The notes under the pieces are model-generated. The model searched no databases and was not told where the DNA came from. It worked only from the letters and a program-made list of their open reading frames with translations. A program made the translations under genes and the position numbers. Positions 29,795 to 37,155 of a DNA stretch of 64,000 bases are shown piece after piece; the first letter of the stretch is position 1, and each line of letters opens with the position of its first letter. Location of the stretch: assembly GCA_044229975.1 (NCBI GenBank), contig JBGARZ010000003.1, forward strand, positions 576,001-640,000, read 5' to 3'. The stretch is from Polyangiales bacterium (GTDB lineage Bacteria; Myxococcota_A; Polyangia; Polyangiales; Ga0077539).

Positions 29795-31072
29795 TCATGG
29801 GCGACGTCGGCTGCGGACGCAGCGGAAGCCGAGCCCGCCGCCCGACGCACTCGCCGGAACGCGCCCCCGCGCCGCCCCGTGCACCATGGCGTAGTTGAGC
29901 TCCTGAAACCGTCCCCCCCGGATGACGTTCACGAAAAAGCCGCCGCTCCGAGAGGCCGCGGAGAAGGGATCGACGCGCGGACGGCCACCCCACGAGCTCG
30001 GCGCCGCGTACTCGATGAACCCGCTGGCAGTGTACTCGGAGACGTTCCCGGCCAGGTCGTAGATGCCGCCGATGGGGGGAAGGCTTCCGACTTGGAGGAA
30101 GCGATAGCCCAGCGTCGTTTCGCCTTCGCAGACGATTCCGAACTGCGCCACCACACATTCGGCGCCCGCGAGTTCGTTGCCCCAAGGGTAGGCCCGCGGC
30201 GACGGGAGGCCTTCAATCGGCCACGCCCTCGCCACATACTCCCACTCCGACTCGGTGGGCAGACGGCCGCCGTCCCATACGCAGAAGCACTGGGCAGTCG
30301 CGATGTCGAGGCAGACCAGGGGGAGCAGTTCGCGCCCCATCGGCACGCGAGACCAGTCGCAGCCGTCTGCCTGGTTGGTCCCCGGTTCGGTCACTACGTC
30401 ATGCTTCCCACGAAACCACGGTACGGGACCGCCCGGGTAGGCGACGTCTCCAGGGAGGTCGGGATGGCCCGCGTCCCAGAAGCGCCGGAAGCGCCCCACG
30501 GTCACTTCGTACGCATCGATCGCGAAGTCGCTCACGGTGATCGACGGCTGCACCGGCGCCGCGTAGGTGAAGTCCGGCAGCGTCGCGTCGCCCTGCGCGA
30601 AGGTGCCGCCGGTGACCTCGACCAGGCCGCAGCCACGGCCGCCTGCTCCCGGGCAGCTCCGCTGCTCACCGATGCATGAACCCCTGATGCACGACTGCCG
30701 GGCAGTGCACGCCTGTCCGCATCCGCCACAGTTCATCGGGTCCGTCACGAACGCCACGCAAGCCGTGCCGCAGCGGGCCTCGCCGACCGGACAGCGCCCG
30801 TTGTCGGCGACGACGTCGACAATCCGCGGGACGTCGGGCGCCACGTCGACTCCCATCGCGATGTCGACCGCGAGCACATCGGGCTGCCCCCGGTCGGGCG
30901 TCGGGGCGATGGCGTCGAATCCCGCGTCGAGGTCGTCGTCGAAGCCCACGTCGATGGCGACGGACACCTCGACGTCCGGTGACGACGGGACATCCGAAGC
31001 GGGCGTCAGGGTCGCCTCGCATCCGAGGTGGAGGAGCCCCATCGCGACGGTAGAGAAAACGAGAGCGCGCAT
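29795..31072 (-). CDS. Second FGE-sulfatase-fold lipoprotein
   Basis: LHLGC lipobox; YEVTV, CVWDGGRLPTESEWE, YPWG, LAGNVSE, LGFRC. Confidence 0.88.
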   Translation of the reverse strand: MRALVFSTVAMGLLHLGCEATLTPASDVPSSPDVEVSVAIDVGFDDDLDAGFDAIAPTPDRGQPDVLAVDIAMGVDVAPDVPRIVDVVADNGRCPVGEARCGTACVAFVTDPMNCGGCGQACTARQSCIRGSCIGEQRSCPGAGGRGCGLVEVTGGTFAQGDATLPDFTYAAPVQPSITVSDFAIDAYEVTVGRFRRFWDAGHPDLPGDVAYPGGPVPWFRGKHDVVTEPGTNQADGCDWSRVPMGRELLPLVCLDIATAQCFCVWDGGRLPTESEWEYVARAWPIEGLPSPRAYPWGNELAGAECVVAQFGIVCEGETTLGYRFLQVGSLPPIGGIYDLAGNVSEYTASGFIEYAAPSSWGGRPRVDPFSAASRSGGFFVNVIRGGRFQELNYAMVHGAARGRVPASASGGGLGFRCVRSRRRP

Positions 31073-31389
31073 CGGACGTCGAGCCTTTCCGTGGGGCGCT
31101 GATCGAGACCGATCGCCCCGAGACGATTAGAGCCGCGCCGAGAAGAAGGGTCAAGCGAGCCCAGCGGATCGCTGGTGGTGGTGTTGGTGATGGGCGCCGG
31201 AGGGAGCCGTCACTCCGGAAGGCGACCGTCCACGCCCGCGGTGCGCGTCCCTCCGGGTAAGGACGCGCACCGCAGGCGTCGTCGATCGCTACGCCAAAGC
31301 CCCCGATTCCCGTCCCCGCTACACGCCCCGCACCTGCCCGGTATATAAACCCCGCCGTGACCCGCCCTGGGACAGCGACGCGACAGCCG

Positions 31390-32139
31390 ATGGTGCTGCT
31401 CCTCCTGCACCTCTCGCTCACGTCGTGCGCCGGTTCACGCAATTCACTCCGCCCGCCGCCCGACCACGACCCCATGAACGACGTTCAGGGTCAGCAGCTC
31501 TTCGACCAGGGCATCTCCCTCGCGCGCTCCGGCGACCTCGTCCGCGCCGAGCAGTACCTCGCCGCCAGCATCACCCGCGGCATGCGCGAAGACCGCGTGC
31601 TCCCGCTGCTGCTGGAGGTGTGCGTCGCAGCGTCGCGATTCCGCGCGGCGGTGTCGTACGCCGAGCCGTATCTCCAGCGGCACCCGCAGGCGTGGCGGCT
31701 GCGTTTCCTCGTCGCGACCATCCGCGTCGGGCTCGACGACCGGGCTGCCGCGAGGCGCGACCTCGAGGCCGTGCTCGCCGCGAAGGAAGACCACTCCGAG
31801 GCCCACTTCGTCCTCGCGACCGTGCTCCGTGAACACTTCAACGACCCGGTCGGCGCTGACCCGCACTACCGGCGTTACCTCGCGATCGAGCCCTCGGGCG
31901 CGCACGCAGACGAGGCCCGCGCAGGGCTCCTACAGCAGGTGAATCATGATCCCGAAAGAGGTGTACGAGGAGACGCTGCTGTCGTTCCTGGCGCCGGTGA
32001 GGCCCTTCCTGGACGACCCGAAGGTGTCGGAGATCATGATCAACGGACCGGATCAGATCTTCATCGAGAAGGCGGGCAAGCTCACCCTGACGGAGGCGCG
32101 CTTCCCCAGCATGGAGGCCCTCAACGCCTGTCTCCGTAA
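31390..32139 (+). CDS. TPR lipoprotein (possible pilotin-like role); 3' end overlaps the next gene
   Basis: LSLTSC lipobox; TPR-like helices ending HYRRYLAIEPSGAHADEAR. Confidence 0.7.
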   Translation: MVLLLLHLSLTSCAGSRNSLRPPPDHDPMNDVQGQQLFDQGISLARSGDLVRAEQYLAASITRGMREDRVLPLLLEVCVAASRFRAAVSYAEPYLQRHPQAWRLRFLVATIRVGLDDRAAARRDLEAVLAAKEDHSEAHFVLATVLREHFNDPVGADPHYRRYLAIEPSGAHADEARAGLLQQVNHDPERGVRGDAAVVPGAGEALPGRPEGVGDHDQRTGSDLHREGGQAHPDGGALPQHGGPQRLSP

Positions 32140-33115
32140 CATCGCCCAGTACGTCGGGAAGATGGTCAACGAGGACAACCCCATCCTCGAAGCGCGACTG
32201 CCCGACGGCTCCCGCATCGAGGCCGTGATCCCGCCCGCCGCGCCCGACGGCCCCGACGTCTCCATACGCCGCTTCTTCAAGGAGACGCTCACCGTCCAGC
32301 GCCTCGTCGACTTCGGGTCGCTCACCGCCGAGGCCGCCCAGGTGCTCGAGTGCCTCGTCGTCATGAAGCAGAACGTCGTCGTCGCCGGCGGAACCGGCTC
32401 CGGCAAGACGTCCATGCTCAACGCGCTGAGCTCGTTCATCCCCGACGGGGAGCGCATCGTCATCATCGAGGACAGCCGCGAGGTGCAGCTCCAGCGGCAG
32501 CACGTCGTTCAGCTCGAAGCGCGACCGGGCGACGCCAAGGGGAAAGGGCGCGTCACCATCCGCGACCTCTTCCGCGCGACGCTGCGTATGCGACCCGACC
32601 GCATCGTGGTGGGCGAGATTCGCGGCGGCGAGGCGCTCGACCTCGTGCAGGCGATGACCTCGGGTCACGGCGGCTGCATCACCACCGTGCACGCGACCTA
32701 TCCGCACGACACACTGACCCGGTTGGAGACCATGTCCCTCATGAGCGACGTCGAGCTCCCGCTGTCCGCGCTCCGCGTGCAGCTCGGGAGCGCCATCAAC
32801 CTCGTGGTGCAGACCTCCCGACTCCAAGACGGCAGCCGCAAGGTGACGCACGTCTCCGAGGTTCGCGGGTACAGCCAGGACAAGGGCTTCCAGATCGTCG
32901 ACCTCTTCGTGCGGCGCTTTCACGGCCGCGACGAGGGGGGCAACCTCATCAGCAGCTTCGACCCCACGGGCGAGCTTCCGCTCTGCACGGACATGGTCCA
33001 CTCGTACGGCATGGCGTTTCCCGAGGCGGTGTACGAGGCGGCCCGCATCCGCGCCGAGCAGGGCCCCGACGACGCACCCACCGACTACGGGCAGGTCGGA
33101 GGCCATCACGGATGA
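31946..33115 (+). CDS. cpaF: Second CpaF/TadA-family ATPase (no FHA)
   Basis: SEIMING, GGTGSGKTS, IEDSREV, LRMRPDRIVVGE, SGHGG. Confidence 0.93.
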   Translation: MIPKEVYEETLLSFLAPVRPFLDDPKVSEIMINGPDQIFIEKAGKLTLTEARFPSMEALNACLRNIAQYVGKMVNEDNPILEARLPDGSRIEAVIPPAAPDGPDVSIRRFFKETLTVQRLVDFGSLTAEAAQVLECLVVMKQNVVVAGGTGSGKTSMLNALSSFIPDGERIVIIEDSREVQLQRQHVVQLEARPGDAKGKGRVTIRDLFRATLRMRPDRIVVGEIRGGEALDLVQAMTSGHGGCITTVHATYPHDTLTRLETMSLMSDVELPLSALRVQLGSAINLVVQTSRLQDGSRKVTHVSEVRGYSQDKGFQIVDLFVRRFHGRDEGGNLISSFDPTGELPLCTDMVHSYGMAFPEAVYEAARIRAEQGPDDAPTDYGQVGGHHG

Positions 33116-34641
33116 CCCACGGCGCGCACAACAACAGCAACGTCGTGACGCTCTCGCTCTCGCAGGGAGAGAGCGCCAACCCGACGGCGACGTTCACGCA
33201 GGCGATGGCCGCGCGGCAGGTCATCCTGGGGTCGGGTCCGTCGGCGCATTGGAAGGTGCGCGGGCACGGCGTCGAGGCGGCCCACCTGGAGCTGTACTGG
33301 GACGGTCGGCTGCTCTGGGTGCGTGACGCCGGGAGCCTCTCGGGAGTGTACGTCGGCGTCGATCGCGCCGAGGACTGGCAGCAGATCTTCGACGGCACCG
33401 AGGTGTACTTCGGGCAGGCCGTGATCCGCGCGACGGTGATGGGGCCCGACGCGCGCGAGAAGGCCGCGACGGGGCCGATCAACCCGAAGGCCGCGGCGTT
33501 CATCGATGAAGAAGAGAGCACGATGGTGTTCTCCAGCGAGGGCATCGCGGCGGCGCTCGGGTCGTCGTATCCGCCGCCGGCGATGTCGGCCGGACCGATG
33601 CCGACGCCGCCGCAACAACGCGCGGCGACGGGGCAGCTTCCGTCGCTTCCGGGGCGCCCTGCGACGATGGCTCCGACACCTGCGCCCGCGCCCGCACCGA
33701 TGCGCACGCAAGGCTTCACGCCCGACCTGGGACTGCCGCCTGCGAGCTCGGAGGCGACGGTCATCCGCGCGTCGCCGTACGCCGCGATGGAGGCCGCCGG
33801 GCTGCTCAACACCACCCAGGCCGCACCGCTCACGCCGCTCGCGGGCATGCGCAGCAGTCAGGCGCCCGTGGTGCAGCCCGCGGTCAACCTCCACGCCGCG
33901 CCCCGGCCCGGAACCATGGCCCCACCGATGGCCCAGAACATGGGCCAGGGCATCGGGCCGAACATGGCCATGGGCGGCTTCGTCCCGGGAGCGTTTGGTC
34001 CGTTGGTGGGACCCTCGCCGACGTCGTCGCCACCGCCCTCGACGGGCGTCGGTCCGTCGCCGTCCAACGGCTTCGACGATCCCTTCGGCCCGATGGAACT
34101 CCCTCCCCCGCCCCCCGCTGGCGCCAAGAAGGACGGCGGCACGCCGGGGCCCGGCGGACTGCCCGTACGAACGTGGCTGCTCGCCGCGCTCACGCTGGGT
34201 GTGGCCGCGCTCGGGATGACCTTCGACAACGCGCCGCGCCCCAACCAGGGAGGCAATGCGCGTCGGATGGTGAGACAGGTCGTTCGCACGACGGCCGCCC
34301 CGGCGCCGCTGAGCAACAACCTCCTCGGGTTGCCCATCGGGGCCAACCAGCTCCTTGGGGTCATCGTCCCGGCCCCCATCGTCGCGCCGCCAGGGCCCGA
34401 CGGTCGCCCGCGCTTCCCACCGGCCAACCCGCAAGACCCGATCAAGCTCGCCTCGGACATGATCGCCGCCCACCGCTACGCCGAGGCCGCCGCGCTCTAC
34501 GAGGCCCTCGCCGCGCAGCACCGCGAGGCACCGCTCTTCCGTCACTTCGCGTTGGTGCTCCGCGCCCGCGCCGCCCAACCCACCTGCACCCCAGGAGCCG
34601 CCGGATGCACCCCCGTCGCCGCGCCCCCCACCTCGCCCTGA
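33112..34641 (+). CDS. FHA-domain, Pro-rich membrane protein with TPR-like tail
   Basis: FHA-like ILGSG...GVEAAH...VRDAGSLSGVYV; E-x-T-M/V motifs; TM WLLAALTLGVAALG. Confidence 0.75.
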   Translation: MTHGAHNNSNVVTLSLSQGESANPTATFTQAMAARQVILGSGPSAHWKVRGHGVEAAHLELYWDGRLLWVRDAGSLSGVYVGVDRAEDWQQIFDGTEVYFGQAVIRATVMGPDAREKAATGPINPKAAAFIDEEESTMVFSSEGIAAALGSSYPPPAMSAGPMPTPPQQRAATGQLPSLPGRPATMAPTPAPAPAPMRTQGFTPDLGLPPASSEATVIRASPYAAMEAAGLLNTTQAAPLTPLAGMRSSQAPVVQPAVNLHAAPRPGTMAPPMAQNMGQGIGPNMAMGGFVPGAFGPLVGPSPTSSPPPSTGVGPSPSNGFDDPFGPMELPPPPPAGAKKDGGTPGPGGLPVRTWLLAALTLGVAALGMTFDNAPRPNQGGNARRMVRQVVRTTAAPAPLSNNLLGLPIGANQLLGVIVPAPIVAPPGPDGRPRFPPANPQDPIKLASDMIAAHRYAEAAALYEALAAQHREAPLFRHFALVLRARAAQPTCTPGAAGCTPVAAPPTSP

Positions 34642-35306
34642 GCCTCCTGGGCTTCGCGCTCGGCTGCGGCAACGTCGCGCCGCCGCCGCTCTATCCCATC
34701 ACCCTGCGCGTGGTCTCCGACGACCACCCGCTCCCTGGCGCGGCCATCGTCATCAACGGGCGCGAGCTCGGTGCGACCGATGCGCAGGGGCGCTTCCGCA
34801 TGGAGACCGTCGGCGTGGAGGGCACCGCCGTCGAGGTGACCGTGCGGTGCCCCAACGGGTTTCGCTCACCCGCGCAGCCGCTCGCCGTGGTGCTGCGCTC
34901 GATCCGGCAACTCGACCAGACGCAGCGGGGACAGGGCATCGAGACCACCGCGCAGTGCCCGCCCACGCAGCGCATCGCCGCGGTGGTGGTGCGAAGCCGC
35001 CCCAACCTGCCCGTCATCTACGAGAACCGCGAGATCACCCGCACCGACCTCCAGGGCGTGGCGCACATGATCTTCCGCGTCAGTGCCAACGACACGCTGC
35101 GGCTGCGGCTCAACACCAACGAGCAGCCCTTCCTGCGGCCCGCCAACCCCGAGCTCGTGGTGCACACCAACGACACCGACAATGTCTATGTGAGCGCGCA
35201 GAACTTCGAAGAAGCCGCCGCCCCACGCGCCCCGCGGGTGCACGTGGCGCCGCGCATCGGCCCGACGCGCATCGTCCCGCAGCGACGGCCGGGCGGGTTC
35301 TTCTAG
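34605..35306 (+). CDS. Lipoprotein with PEGA/carboxypeptidase-regulatory-like beta domains
   Basis: FALGC lipobox; PLPGA.I.ING..LG.TD.QG and a second TDLQG repeat. Confidence 0.7.
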   Translation: MHPRRRAPHLALSLLGFALGCGNVAPPPLYPITLRVVSDDHPLPGAAIVINGRELGATDAQGRFRMETVGVEGTAVEVTVRCPNGFRSPAQPLAVVLRSIRQLDQTQRGQGIETTAQCPPTQRIAAVVVRSRPNLPVIYENREITRTDLQGVAHMIFRVSANDTLRLRLNTNEQPFLRPANPELVVHTNDTDNVYVSAQNFEEAAAPRAPRVHVAPRIGPTRIVPQRRPGGFF

Positions 35307-35410
35307 GACAGGTTACGTCCGGGCAGGGACTGGCCATCGGTTCAGTGCTGGGGTAGTTGTGGTCGAGAGAGACCGCAGCGGGCAATCGCCCCCCAACAGG
35401 AGAACCGGAG

Positions 35411-36106
35411 ATGAAGCCAAACACCTCACGCAGCCAGTACCGCGGACAGATGTCAGCGGAGGACGTCGACGGAAAGGTCAGCCGCCTGCGCGAGCGCCTC
35501 GGGTTGGAAGACGTGACCTTCACCGAGGGCACGGGGCTCGACGTGGGCAGCGTGAGCCTGCGGTTCGTGGTGCTCGGTCGTCGGGTCGAGCGCACCTGCG
35601 CCACGCAGGCGACGCCGGCGGCCAACACCGCCTGCCTCGCGCTCTGGCTCGAAGACCGCGCCCGCAACCTTGAGCGCGGCATCGAGTCGTTCGAGGAGGC
35701 CTTCGCCGACTGCCTCGTGCTCGCGGCCAACGACAACACCGACGCCGCCAAGGGCGCCTGGCGGGTCAACCACTACGAAGGGCAGCGGAGCATCGAGGAC
35801 TGCATCGAGGTGTTTCGATCGAGCCTCGCGCGGCTGTCGGTGGCCGAGCGCGACGTGAAGGTGACCTGGGATACGGCGGCCAACTGGGCGCGCCTGCGCA
35901 TGCGGCTCCCGTCCGGCGCCATCGTCGACAAGACCTCGCGCACCCAGAAGACCTGCGAAGGCAACCTCGCGGCGCTCGCGTTGTGGTTGCAGTCGCGCGC
36001 CCGCAACTGGGAGCGCGGCATCGAGAGCCTCGACCTCGATCGGGTGTTCGCGGGCAACCTGCTCCCGGCACCGGCACCGGCGGCAGCAACGGCCAAGGTC
36101 GCCTGA
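35411..36106 (+). CDS. Uncharacterised protein made of two tandem ~105-aa repeats
   Basis: LALWLEDRARNLERGIES and LALWLQSRARNWERGIES; GGAG RBS. Confidence 0.8.
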   Translation: MKPNTSRSQYRGQMSAEDVDGKVSRLRERLGLEDVTFTEGTGLDVGSVSLRFVVLGRRVERTCATQATPAANTACLALWLEDRARNLERGIESFEEAFADCLVLAANDNTDAAKGAWRVNHYEGQRSIEDCIEVFRSSLARLSVAERDVKVTWDTAANWARLRMRLPSGAIVDKTSRTQKTCEGNLAALALWLQSRARNWERGIESLDLDRVFAGNLLPAPAPAAATAKVA

Positions 36107-36132
36107 GACGACGGCGGAGAGGGGCGTAGGCG

Positions 36133-37155
36133 ATGGTCAGGAAGGTGTCGTTCGTGGTGCGGCCCAACCCGGCGCTGGGTGCGCTACTGGCCTTCGCGCG
36201 CGCCTCGCGCGGCCGATCCGTCGGGCTCGGCGAGCGGCTGGAGCGTGAGGTGCGTCTCGCCCTCGATGGCGCCTCGCGAACGCTCGAAGCACCCATCGCG
36301 CTGCTCCGCTGGCTCGCTCGTGGCGGGTCGGCGAAGACCACGGGGTACGTCGACGCGAGCGGCCTCTCGACCGAGGTCGCGGTGACCTTCGACCTGCGCT
36401 CGGCGGTCGTCGCCGCGCTCGCCCAACACCCGCGCGTCGACGGCCGCGCCTGCGCCGATCTCTACGCCCTGCGCTCGCTCCTGCGCGCGCTGCGGAAGTG
36501 CGAGCTGCTCTCGCTCGATGACGTGGCGCTCGGACGTCAGGCCGACAGCGCACGCTCGCTCCTGCGCGTGGTCGAGGCGGCCTGCCGTGAGACCGCCCTC
36601 GCGGATGAAGCGGCCGTGCCGAGAGCCTTCGCGCGACCCGTCGCCCCGACGTCGACTCCGATGGTCGATGAGGTCCCGACGAAGGAGACCAGGACCCGCG
36701 CGAAGAAGCCGCCCGAGGCGGCGAAGGCCGCGTCGTTCTTCGGGGGGCTGCCCGACGACGCGACGTCGGCGCCGCCAGTGGTGGAGGTTCCTCGCAGCGA
36801 GCGCGGGCTCACGCTCGATGGGGAGTTCTTTCTGAGCGTTGCGGGGGTGGCGGTGTGGCCCTGCGCGCCGAACGCGCTGTCTCGCGCGCGCAAGGCCGTG
36901 TTGATGAAGCTGCACCCCGACCGCGCAGGTGACGGCGCCGAGGCCGACTTCGGGCGTGCGCTGCGAGGCTACGAAGATCTGGTCACGGTGCTCGCCGCAC
37001 TGCCACCGCCACCGCCGAAGGTGCGCGTTGCGACGCCGACCGTGACCGTCGCGCCGACGACCGTGAGCTCGCCCATCGGGCAGTGGCCGCCACCGCCGAG
37101 CGCGACCACCGAGGTCGTCTCGCGTCAGTCCTTCAAGAGGTCGTCGAAGGCCTGA
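36133..37155 (+). CDS. Protein with a C-proximal J-domain-like HPD module
   Basis: VWPCAPNALSRARKAVLMKLHPDRAG...DF....GYEDL. Confidence 0.7.
   Translation: MVRKVSFVVRPNPALGALLAFARASRGRSVGLGERLEREVRLALDGASRTLEAPIALLRWLARGGSAKTTGYVDASGLSTEVAVTFDLRSAVVAALAQHPRVDGRACADLYALRSLLRALRKCELLSLDDVALGRQADSARSLLRVVEAACRETALADEAAVPRAFARPVAPTSTPMVDEVPTKETRTRAKKPPEAAKAASFFGGLPDDATSAPPVVEVPRSERGLTLDGEFFLSVAGVAVWPCAPNALSRARKAVLMKLHPDRAGDGAEADFGRALRGYEDLVTVLAALPPPPPKVRVATPTVTVAPTTVSSPIGQWPPPPSATTEVVSRQSFKRSSKA

Noticed and set aside
26959..31072. Diversity-generating retroelement targeting the FGE genes
   Set aside because: No reverse transcriptase and no adenine-variant template repeat was found in the window.
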